From IMG/VR virus record IMGVR_UViG_3300033155_001375, positions 1 to 55,994 of that record: DNA of 55,994 bases; one strand, 5' to 3'. This DNA comes from a virus. Lineage: Duplodnaviria; Caudoviricetes. The translations under genes were made by a program, and so were the position numbers. The notes beneath the pieces are model-generated. The model did not search any database, was not told the DNA's origin, and worked only from the letters and a program-made list of their open reading frames with translations. Of this stretch, positions 39,670 to 48,339 are shown in pieces. Position 1 is the first letter of the stretch. Every line of letters starts with the position of its first letter.

Positions 39670-39999
39670 ATGGCTGTTAGAATTAGAGGGACATCACGGC
39701 AAAAATTTTCCAGGTTACTGGTTATTGACGATGTGGAACATTGGGAGATGCCCGAAAACCCAATCATCGAGGAAGCTCGTGATGACACAATTTACCAAGT
39801 GCAGCAGGAGGATCGTATCGACCTGCTTGCCGATATGTTTTACGGTAACGCGGAGCTGTGGTGGGTCATCGCAATTCTCAATAATCTGAATCTACTTCCG
39901 AACGATCTCAAGCCATTTTCGACCATTCGCATCCCATCGAATAATCGGGTATTCGGTAGCATCTTGAAGCAGGCGGCGAAGAGGAAGGAAGGGAGGTAG
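39670..39999 (+). CDS. LysM-like baseplate protein (gp53/gpX-like)
   Basis: YQVQQEDRIDLLA..YG..LWWVIA..N..IRIP. Confidence 0.85.
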   Translation: MAVRIRGTSRQKFSRLLVIDDVEHWEMPENPIIEEARDDTIYQVQQEDRIDLLADMFYGNAELWWVIAILNNLNLLPNDLKPFSTIRIPSNNRVFGSILKQAAKRKEGR

Positions 40000-41481
40000 G
40001 TGCCTGTAATTGACCCATCTGGCTTTATGATTTCGGTGAAGCTCGTGACGGCGCGTGGGGCAGAATTCCCACTTTGGATGGATGGGGCTCGCGCATCGGA
40101 CAGGCCTGGTGCGGAGTCTATTTTTCTCGATTCTGCATTGGTACTTCAAGACTTGCCAATCGTGACGGCTGTGAATATCGAGATGCAGAGAAGTTACGTC
40201 TGCACATGTACCGTGGAAATATCTGCTACTTATGAGCTTGGATTGGCGCTTCTTGAGAGCGATTTATTCATCATTGGGAATGTGCTCGAAGTCAAGGTTG
40301 GATATCCACGTATTGGACTTTTTCTTCCGGTAATTTCGACAATGGCTGTCAAGCCATCTGTCGCCATCAATCCAGATGACGGGCTTACGGCGACGATCAA
40401 TGGTCAGGGTGGCACCTTTGCCGGGATGAGGGGTCAGACGAATCGTCAGTGGCAGAATAAGAGCGTTGCAGATGTGTTGCAGGAGCTTGCGAATTTGAAG
40501 CAGAATCTATGGACCATCGACCTGCCAGAGAGGAGAATCCCAGCAGTAGCGGTAAGAATAGCTACCATTGCGGAAGCTGGTGGGCCTGTTGTGATTGCGC
40601 CTGTCGATCCATTGTATAGCGAGCGAGGAAACATCAGCCAGACGAACAAGACGGACTGGCGAGAATTTACATCTCTTTGTCGTCAGGTTGGATGCTTCGC
40701 TGTTGTCAGGCCGGTGAATGACGAAGAAGGCCCTCTGCATGTTGTCGTCAGGCGTGATTCTGAGGCTTCATCGGAGGACCCGGTGTATACCGTCGTGGCC
40801 AGGGGGCAGATCGATTTTATGTCTCCCAATGGGCGATTTCCGCTTTTGAGTTTCGAGACAGAGGCTGAGGGGATGTGGTTGGGTGCTGGGACCAACCGAG
40901 TTACATCCAATGATTTGAGCCCTCTGACTGGAGAACAAGATCCTGTTGATGCCACCATAGAACAGACTTCGGAGGAGATTACTCCTGGGACCACAGGGAC
41001 ACCAGGTCCCGGAGCTGGAATGGTTGGGGACGTAAATGTGTCTGTCGCTGCGGAGCCAGAGGATGGGGGTGACAGAATGATCCCTGCATCGGCGGCGTCC
41101 ATTGAGCGGTCACCAGAAGAAGTTGTTCAGCAGGGAAATAGGGAGGAGTCTGCACGGGGCGGAGGAATGAGTGCGACTGTCTCGATTATTGGAAATCCAT
41201 TGGCATTTCCTGGCGAACGTATCCGGCTGGAGAATCTTGGGGTTTTTAGTGGTAATTACGAGATCAACAGTATGAGCCATGCCGTTGCAGATGGCGGCTG
41301 GACGACGACTATGACTCTTTTGCGTCGGGGCTCTGTGGATACTGACCACATTTCTGAATTACTGCGGAGGGCTATAGTTCCGGATGTGAGCGACCAGCCT
41401 CCCCCTGATCAGTCTGGCATTGAGGAGGATGCTCAAGGTGGTGGTGATATGGTTGTGGAGCCTGTGGAGGGTGATGTTTGA
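40000..41481 (+). CDS. Baseplate hub (gp27/gpD-like)
   Basis: VKVGY, Q...TDW, IIGNP..PG..I.L..LG.FSGNY..H. Confidence 0.85.
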   Translation: MPVIDPSGFMISVKLVTARGAEFPLWMDGARASDRPGAESIFLDSALVLQDLPIVTAVNIEMQRSYVCTCTVEISATYELGLALLESDLFIIGNVLEVKVGYPRIGLFLPVISTMAVKPSVAINPDDGLTATINGQGGTFAGMRGQTNRQWQNKSVADVLQELANLKQNLWTIDLPERRIPAVAVRIATIAEAGGPVVIAPVDPLYSERGNISQTNKTDWREFTSLCRQVGCFAVVRPVNDEEGPLHVVVRRDSEASSEDPVYTVVARGQIDFMSPNGRFPLLSFETEAEGMWLGAGTNRVTSNDLSPLTGEQDPVDATIEQTSEEITPGTTGTPGPGAGMVGDVNVSVAAEPEDGGDRMIPASAASIERSPEEVVQQGNREESARGGGMSATVSIIGNPLAFPGERIRLENLGVFSGNYEINSMSHAVADGGWTTTMTLLRRGSVDTDHISELLRRAIVPDVSDQPPPDQSGIEEDAQGGGDMVVEPVEGDV

Positions 41482-42269
41482 TGTTTTCGAGGCCAGCAGC
41501 GCCGCGTAGAACGGCACCACGGTCGGTCGACCTGATGGGGACTGGGTTTCGATATTTTTTTGACCGTATTCTTCTTTATGGGCTTGAGTATTTTCATTTG
41601 TATTATGGCATTTATAGAGCCAGGGTTGTGAGTAACGAGGACCCGAATACAGACGGAATGCCTGATCCCTTTGGGCGTCTGACAGTTTACGTCCCGGCCA
41701 TTGGTGATGCTGAGACTGTGAAAAGGGTGGCTTGGCCTGTTTCTTCGGCTGCTGGAAATGGTTTTGGTTTCAAGAATATCCCGCCAAACGGGAGCAATGT
41801 GTATGTTGCCTTCGAGATGGGCAGGGCTGATGCTGTGCTTTGGCTTGGAGGGTGGTGGCCAGATGGTGCTATTCCGGCAGAGCTAAACAAGACGGAGACC
41901 CATTGGTGGATCACTCCTGGCGGACACCAGATTATTCTTGATGAGCAAGAGGGTGGTCAGGTCATCAAGATTCAACACATGGATGGCTCGACTCGCTTGG
42001 AGATGGACAACGATGGTAATGTCTTCATCGTCAATAAGTCGGGCTCGAAGATTCATGTTGGAGATGGGGCTGAGAACCAGCAACCTCTTCAGCCAGGGGT
42101 ACTTGGCGAGAAGCTGAAGGGGCTGATGGAGGATCTCATTGATGCGATCAAGGCGATGACAGTTCCGACGCCCGTTGGGCCATCGGAGACCGCTATCAAT
42201 TTTGCGCAGTTCGATGTGGTGAAGGGGAAGCTTCAGACTATGCTGTCCGATACGGTGGATCTGAGGTGA
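41481..42269 (+). CDS. Baseplate spike (gp5/gpV OB-fold)
   Basis: YYGIYRARVVSNEDP..GRL.V.VP, P..GS.VYVAFE.G, TPGGHQI.LD. Confidence 0.9.
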   Translation: MFSRPAAPRRTAPRSVDLMGTGFRYFFDRILLYGLEYFHLYYGIYRARVVSNEDPNTDGMPDPFGRLTVYVPAIGDAETVKRVAWPVSSAAGNGFGFKNIPPNGSNVYVAFEMGRADAVLWLGGWWPDGAIPAELNKTETHWWITPGGHQIILDEQEGGQVIKIQHMDGSTRLEMDNDGNVFIVNKSGSKIHVGDGAENQQPLQPGVLGEKLKGLMEDLIDAIKAMTVPTPVGPSETAINFAQFDVVKGKLQTMLSDTVDLR

Positions 42270-42291
42270 GAGCGAAATTGACTTTCGCTCT
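42269..42291. repeat. Palindromic site copy 3 (inverted core)
   Basis: AGAGCGAAA-TTGAC-TTTCGCTCT, perfect 9 bp arms. Confidence 0.85.
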
Positions 42292-42308
42292 GGCGAAGGA
42301 GAAGGTGC

Positions 42309-42794
42309 TTGGCGCTTCTGCAACCAATCCTGGCTGGGAGGCTGATTTCGATATTCAGCCAACCGGGTGACAATGCGGCGGTGAAGGCCACTGAGTTCGC
42401 CTCTGCCTATCAGACCTATGCCCTTACGGCGATGGCTGGAGTGCTCCTGCCCGTATTCACCGGGACAGAGATGACCATGTTTCTGTCCAAGATTCTCCCG
42501 GTTTTCAACAATCCGAACAGTACGAGTGTCCAGTTTGCCAATGCTCTGGCAAGTGCTGTGGAAACATTCTGGTTTTTGCCACCTGTCCCATTTACTCTTT
42601 TACCTGCCACTGGTGCGGTGTCTGGGTTTCCGGGGAAGCTAATTCTGGTGTCGCAACTCATTGGAATTTTGAGCAATCAGTATAATAATGCAGTGCAACC
42701 GGCGCAAGACATTGCGACTGCGCTCGATACGGCAACGAGAACGGTCATTGTGGCATTCGCACCACCACCGCTCTCCACAGCAACGCTGGTGTGA
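42309..42794 (+). CDS. Hypothetical baseplate-region protein
   Basis: AGGAGAAGG RBS, TTG start. Confidence 0.6.
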   Translation: MALLQPILAGRLISIFSQPGDNAAVKATEFASAYQTYALTAMAGVLLPVFTGTEMTMFLSKILPVFNNPNSTSVQFANALASAVETFWFLPPVPFTLLPATGAVSGFPGKLILVSQLIGILSNQYNNAVQPAQDIATALDTATRTVIVAFAPPPLSTATLV

Positions 42795-42808
42795 TGTAGG
42801 ATGAAGTC

Positions 42809-43195
42809 GTGGCTATAGTTGGTATCGCATTTCCGTTTCAAAAAGGAACGACATCGTTCCCAATGCAGAGGACTGATGCGGACGTCGTGGAGGACAATAT
42901 CATCCGAATCCTCCAGACGCGCAGGGGTGAGCGACCGATGCGGCCAGGAACAGGAGCTGCTATTTGGGATTTCATCTTTGAGAACACTGGAGCTTTGCTC
43001 AATGCGAGGGTGGACCACGAGGTCAGGTCAGCATTGGCTGCTGGAGAACCGAGAGCTACGGTGCTATCGGTTGGGGTGCATGAGCAGCTTCGAATTGATG
43101 GGGCGAAGAACATGGTTGTGACTCTTGTTTGGTCGTTCAACCGAGAGGTGCGCCAGACGGCTGTGACGTATGCGGCGCCAGGGAATAATGGATAA
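42809..43195 (+). CDS. Sheath initiator (gp25/gpW-like)
   Basis: GIAFPF, IL.TRRGERPMRP..G..FE, EPR. Confidence 0.92.
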   Translation: MAIVGIAFPFQKGTTSFPMQRTDADVVEDNIIRILQTRRGERPMRPGTGAAIWDFIFENTGALLNARVDHEVRSALAAGEPRATVLSVGVHEQLRIDGAKNMVVTLVWSFNREVRQTAVTYAAPGNNG

Positions 43196-45324
43196 TGGTT
43201 GAGCCAATACAGATTGAGAGTCCTCAAGCGCAGATCAATAGAGTCCGGTTTGCTGGTAAGGACTTTTTTACCTTCGTCGATGACCTCATTGCACGCATCC
43301 AGCTCCTCTTCGTCACAGAGTTCAATGATTTCGTGGCCAGTGGCACTGGGGTCATGCTCATCGATATGGTGGGTTGGGCCTGTGAGACCCTGAGCTTCTA
43401 CTTAGATCGACAGGCCACAGAGAGCTACATCGAGACAGCCAGGACCCGTAGAGCCATCAATCGCCTGGCTAAGCAGGTCGGCTATAAGATGCGGGCTGCG
43501 GTCAGTGCATCGGTCGACCTGGAAATCAATCTCACTCAAGTTTATGGTTTTGATGTACCAATTCCTATTGGCTTCAAATTCAAGGGGCCAAACAACACGA
43601 CGTTTGAGGCTGTCGAGACCATCACTTTCCCGGCGGGAGAGGGGCCGTTGTCGCCATCGAGAACCTTGGCCTGCACTGAGGGGTTCACCCGTGAGGAAGT
43701 TTTTGCCTCAGATGGCACCAAGAACCAGGCGTTCAGGCTCAGCCCAGGGGCCGATAGGTATGTAGCTGATGATTCGATATCTGCGCTGGTGGACAGTGCG
43801 CCGTGGGCCGAGAGCCCCTTCATCAGTTTCGATGCTACCAACCAGTATGAGGTGGACTACAACACTGAACCGCCACTTCTCCAATTTGGAGACACCGTGG
43901 CTGGGAACATTCCTCCGACCGGGGCAGAGATCAGGTGCAGCTACATCTCAACATCTGGTCGTGGGGGGCTCGTACTTAGGGATACCATTACAGAGGTGAA
44001 TTCTCCACTTGTGGTGGCCTTCCAGGCTATCCTGCTGACCATTACGAATCCATTGCCTTCGTCGGGTGGCGAGTACCGAGAAAGCATCGAGGAAGCTCGA
44101 CGCAATGCTCCGCTCTACTTCTACGCTCGCAATGCAGCGGTCACCCGAGACGACTATATCGGACTCTCGCAGCAATTCTCTGACCCGACGGCTGGAGCTG
44201 TGGCGGTGGCACAAGCATTCGTGGCTCTTGGTGCTGGTGACGATTTGGCGCTTCAGGACTTCCTGAACGACATCAGGATCATTACGAATGCTTTGGCGAC
44301 CACGGTTACGGGCTATACGGCGACGGCGCAGGCGGCGGTGAACGCCCTGCAATCTGCCCAGGTGAGTGCGGTATCAGAGTCGGGTGACATTTCGACAGCG
44401 CTGGCCAACATTGACACGGCTGCCATTGCTGGTCGGGCGAGTGCCAATGCTGGACATGCTGATGTCATTCAGGCTGAATCGAACGTGGCTGCGGCTCGGG
44501 CTAAGGTCACTGTTATTGGGAATACTGGGGCTGTGGACGATCTTACCCCTGCTTCTTATTCAGAATTGATGGGCTATTTCACATCGGCTGATTCAGAAAC
44601 AGGGCAAGCCAAGAGTGCCATCAACAGTACCATCGGGGATCTCGACACCATTGATTCTGAGGTGGATGACGGACAGGTTGCTCAGGTGCAGCTTTTGACA
44701 GACTTGACGACCATCGGGAACAACGCCGTCATCATTGAGACCGAGATAGCGAACATCGATGATGCTGTATTGATTGGGTTCGAGGATGCCATCGAAGACA
44801 TTCTCATTCTCATTTATGATCACGTAGACTCTTTCTTGGCGAGTGACTGTAAGTCCAACCTCATCCAGGTACCAATCCTGACAAGGGATGTGGATGGCTT
44901 CTATGTGGCTCCGAGCGCTGCTCTCATCAATGCCCTCCAGGTCTATCTTGATGGGAAGAAAGAAGTGACTCAGGTGCCAGAGGTTGTCTCTGGTGCTCCA
45001 TGGCTTGTCGGAGCAACCATCGCCGGGGCCATTGGAGTGAAGAGTGGCTACGTGAAGGCCACGGTGCTCTCGAATGTGCTGAAGGCCTTGGATGACATTC
45101 TGAGAGAGCGTCCCTTTGGACTGAACCTCTATCTGAATGAGGTCATGTCGGTGGCGCCAGATCCGTTGACTGGGTTAGGCGGCATTGAGGGGGTTTCATA
45201 TGCGAAGCTCCAGATCACCGGGCCGATAGCTTATTTGGATGCGACTGGTAATCTCATCATCACCCAGAACCTCATCATTACGAAGGGGTTGGTGACGATA
45301 GTTGCGGAGACAGCAAACCAATGA
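43195..45324 (+). CDS. Baseplate wedge (gp6/gpJ-like) with helical insertion
   Basis: KDF, D..A.ESY..TA, LAK.VGY, FGD..G.IP, GG..ESIEE.R..AP, AVT.DDY. Confidence 0.9.
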   Translation: MVEPIQIESPQAQINRVRFAGKDFFTFVDDLIARIQLLFVTEFNDFVASGTGVMLIDMVGWACETLSFYLDRQATESYIETARTRRAINRLAKQVGYKMRAAVSASVDLEINLTQVYGFDVPIPIGFKFKGPNNTTFEAVETITFPAGEGPLSPSRTLACTEGFTREEVFASDGTKNQAFRLSPGADRYVADDSISALVDSAPWAESPFISFDATNQYEVDYNTEPPLLQFGDTVAGNIPPTGAEIRCSYISTSGRGGLVLRDTITEVNSPLVVAFQAILLTITNPLPSSGGEYRESIEEARRNAPLYFYARNAAVTRDDYIGLSQQFSDPTAGAVAVAQAFVALGAGDDLALQDFLNDIRIITNALATTVTGYTATAQAAVNALQSAQVSAVSESGDISTALANIDTAAIAGRASANAGHADVIQAESNVAAARAKVTVIGNTGAVDDLTPASYSELMGYFTSADSETGQAKSAINSTIGDLDTIDSEVDDGQVAQVQLLTDLTTIGNNAVIIETEIANIDDAVLIGFEDAIEDILILIYDHVDSFLASDCKSNLIQVPILTRDVDGFYVAPSAALINALQVYLDGKKEVTQVPEVVSGAPWLVGATIAGAIGVKSGYVKATVLSNVLKALDDILRERPFGLNLYLNEVMSVAPDPLTGLGGIEGVSYAKLQITGPIAYLDATGNLIITQNLIITKGLVTIVAETANQ

Positions 45325-45929
45325 AGGTAAAACGACACATCATACTCTACGGAATTTGTCTTCCATGGGACTTGCTGGCCTACCTTGCCGTGTTGCTCAT
45401 CCGGCTCTTCTGGGGCAAGGGATTGAGATGGGAGACACCTCCTTATGCGAAGGATGAGGGTGGCGGACCATGTCTGACATGCCAAATAAAGGAAGGCTCA
45501 CTTCCGGTCAGGAAGGGGAAATTCCCGGTTGGCTGGTATTTACATGATCGTGATACCAACCCGCCAAGAGCTTGGGGGGGGACCACTTTAGGTCATGGTA
45601 TCTTCTACGGGCCAAGAGGACGATTTGATGACGATCCGGCCAATCCATGGACTGGCACCCAGGAGCATGAGCACTATCACGTCGAACAACATGAGGCGGC
45701 GATGGTAGCGAGTTTTATCAGCGGCCTGGTGGCGTTCATCGTTTTGCTGGCCCTGGGACACCCCATGGCGGCTGTTGCGCTGGGGGTAGGTCTCTGGGCC
45801 TTCGGCTACCAGCTCATGGCCACAGGCGGCTGGCTGGCGGCTCTGTTGCGCGGAGAGAGTGCGTACCGAGGGAGTCAGCATGAGGAGAGTGCGAGGGCTC
45901 AGACGTATCTCCGAAGGAGCGAGAAATGA
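45321..45929 (+). CDS. Membrane-associated HExxH zincin-like protein
   Basis: TTLGHGIFY..HEHYHVEQ..HEESA with hydrophobic segments. Confidence 0.6.
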   Translation: MKVKRHIILYGICLPWDLLAYLAVLLIRLFWGKGLRWETPPYAKDEGGGPCLTCQIKEGSLPVRKGKFPVGWYLHDRDTNPPRAWGGTTLGHGIFYGPRGRFDDDPANPWTGTQEHEHYHVEQHEAAMVASFISGLVAFIVLLALGHPMAAVALGVGLWAFGYQLMATGGWLAALLRGESAYRGSQHEESARAQTYLRRSEK

Positions 45930-48037
45930 GTCTAAACTCCCCCAGGATGCGCTGGCCCTACCCGACGAGGGAGGACGACCCCTGGTTTGATAAGTTCGAG
46001 GACTTTATCAGGGCGAATGATGCTTCGGGCTTCGCAATGCGCGAGGACAGGAGCATCATCTGGACTGGTGGTGGGACACTGACGTGGACGCTTGGTACGT
46101 CGACCCTGGATTGGACTGGCACCATCAATGTTTATTCGCCTATTGGAGCGCACCTGCTTCAGGTTGAGGCCAGTTCCATTGCTGGCTGGGCCGATGGCGA
46201 GATGGTCTACGTTGTCCTGACCAGGCAACCACTGGAGAACATCACTGCATCTCTGGTGAAAGCGAGCCAGCTCCCATCAACTGACAATGCGATGGCTTTG
46301 GCTGTTCGTATTGGTAGCGTCATCTATTTTCGCACCGGCATCAGTTTAGGTGACGGAGACAGCTCGGCTGGATTGGCTCCTGTGCCGGGTGGTGGCGGAG
46401 CTGATCCGAATGCCATTCATGACAATGTTCCCGCTGAGATTGCTGGGATAGCCCCGAAGGTGGCTCCGACCACGTCTGATCTTTTAGTGATCGAAGATGC
46501 TGCCGATGCCAACAATAAAAAGCGGATTACAGTTGGGACTCTTCCGACGGGTGTTGATCCTGCTGCCATTCATGACAACGTTGCGGCTGAGATTGCTGGG
46601 ATTGCTCCGAAGGCGGCTCCTATTGCTGCTGACTTGATCGTCATTGAAGACAGTGCAGTAGGGAATATCAAGAAGTCGGTGCAGGTCGGGAACCTCCCAG
46701 TTCCGACACATTCCGCGTCTCATCAGGATGGTGGAACAGACGAGATTTCAGTGACGGATTTGTCAGGACTTCTTGCTGATCCACAGACACCTCTCGGGCA
46801 CCATCTAACGCATGAAAGTGGTGGCGGTGACGCCGTCAAGCTCGATGATCTCGCAACACCGGATGACAACACAGACCTTGATTCCACGATTTTGCGTCAT
46901 GGTCTTCTCCCGAAATTAGGTGGAGGAGCAGTCAATTACCTTCGAGCTGATGGAACATGGGCGTTGCCTCCTGGTGGTGGTGCTTCTGTTAGGGCAGCTC
47001 CGAGAATTCTTGTTGGCAATGGCCCCAATGGCGACACTGGAGCTGATTGCGACTTTCTTGACATTGGTGATTGTGCAGGGCTCGCGGCGGCAATCTTGGC
47101 GTCAGGGCCTGGCAATGACGTGTACATCAAGCCCGGAACTTATGACTTTGGCCAGGTTGGTTCGCCAGTGGCGAGGATAATCATTCCTGCTGGCGTGCGC
47201 GTGCGTGGGGCTGGGAGAAAGCATGTCACCATCCAGACAAGAACGGCTGCTGGTGATGGGCGAGCGCTGTTGCTTGGGGGTGATGGGGCGGCACTTGAAG
47301 ATCTGCGGGTGTTGTCTCCAGAGCCGGTAGGGCTCCAGACTGCTGGGTATGGTCTGGTCGAGGTTGACTCTACAGACTGCGAGTTGCGGCGAGTAGATGT
47401 AGAGTTCGATTGGACTGTTACGGCTGCATCTTTCAACAAGGTGGAGATGGGGCTTTACGTCGATGGTCCTTTTGCCGATTTCCGAATGGTCGATTGCAAG
47501 TTCCTAGACGTGCCAAAATTCTACCAAGAGATACCTTCGTCGATCATGTATGGATTCTTTATCAGTGGTGTGGGATGGGCCGACCTCAGAGGAATCCATG
47601 TGTTTGGTGGGGATACTGGTGGAGCGATCAGTGATTCTCCGTGCGAGTTCCACGATATGCTCTTTGATGGTTTCAAGCACGAGGGTTTGATCATCGAGGC
47701 TTCGGCGTGGAGCAACATCATAGGTGGTCGGTTTATTCAGGACGGCACATGGCCAACTGCTCGTGGGCTCCAAGCAGGGGCAAATTCTCATTATATTTCA
47801 TTCACTGATCTAAGCTTCCAGGTCACTGGTGCTGCTGTTTGTCAGGCTGCGATATACACGTTCTTCTCCGACCGTAGTGTCATCAAGGGATGCAGAGGCG
47901 ATGGAAAATGGACAGGCAATGGCTTCATTCGCTTCGATTCGTCCAGTGACTACAATCTGGCGATAGCCAATCAGTTCAACGGAAATGCTCCGTCGGACAT
48001 TGGCTCTAACAACGAATTCCAGCACAACATTCCGTAG
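45926..48037 (+). CDS. Tail fibre/spike with C-terminal beta-helix (possible depolymerase)
   Basis: Two 49 aa repeats, H..H segments, VYIKPGTY..VRVRGAG beta-helix cap. Confidence 0.7.
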   Translation: MSLNSPRMRWPYPTREDDPWFDKFEDFIRANDASGFAMREDRSIIWTGGGTLTWTLGTSTLDWTGTINVYSPIGAHLLQVEASSIAGWADGEMVYVVLTRQPLENITASLVKASQLPSTDNAMALAVRIGSVIYFRTGISLGDGDSSAGLAPVPGGGGADPNAIHDNVPAEIAGIAPKVAPTTSDLLVIEDAADANNKKRITVGTLPTGVDPAAIHDNVAAEIAGIAPKAAPIAADLIVIEDSAVGNIKKSVQVGNLPVPTHSASHQDGGTDEISVTDLSGLLADPQTPLGHHLTHESGGGDAVKLDDLATPDDNTDLDSTILRHGLLPKLGGGAVNYLRADGTWALPPGGGASVRAAPRILVGNGPNGDTGADCDFLDIGDCAGLAAAILASGPGNDVYIKPGTYDFGQVGSPVARIIIPAGVRVRGAGRKHVTIQTRTAAGDGRALLLGGDGAALEDLRVLSPEPVGLQTAGYGLVEVDSTDCELRRVDVEFDWTVTAASFNKVEMGLYVDGPFADFRMVDCKFLDVPKFYQEIPSSIMYGFFISGVGWADLRGIHVFGGDTGGAISDSPCEFHDMLFDGFKHEGLIIEASAWSNIIGGRFIQDGTWPTARGLQAGANSHYISFTDLSFQVTGAAVCQAAIYTFFSDRSVIKGCRGDGKWTGNGFIRFDSSSDYNLAIANQFNGNAPSDIGSNNEFQHNIP

Positions 48038-48045
48038 GAGAAGAG

Positions 48046-48336
48046 ATGCCTGGGCATGGGTTGCGAGAATATAAACTCTATCGAGAATGCACCATCGAGC
48101 GTGATGGAGAACAATCTCGTACGGTTTGGGTGTCCGATATGTTTGCTAGGGTCGGCAAGAGAATTTGGGCACCTAAGAATGGGGCTGGAAATCCATCTGA
48201 TGACCCAGTTGATCCGGATGAGTGGGAGCGATGGACGGTAAGCTCGGTCAGCGAGACCACGTCTCAAGGCAATGGGCTGTCTCAGGGAAAGAAGAGACAG
48301 ACCCTAGTGCAATGGACCTGTAGGTCAGAGGAGTAG
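48046..48336 (+). CDS. Hypothetical protein
   Basis: AGGAG RBS; fills gap. Confidence 0.55.
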   Translation: MPGHGLREYKLYRECTIERDGEQSRTVWVSDMFARVGKRIWAPKNGAGNPSDDPVDPDEWERWTVSSVSETTSQGNGLSQGKKRQTLVQWTCRSEE

Positions 48337-48339
48337 CGC

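Noticed and set aside
15616-45324. Stand-alone eCIS or tailocin locus
   Set aside because: Terminase, portal, protease and capsid genes are co-linear, so this is a phage
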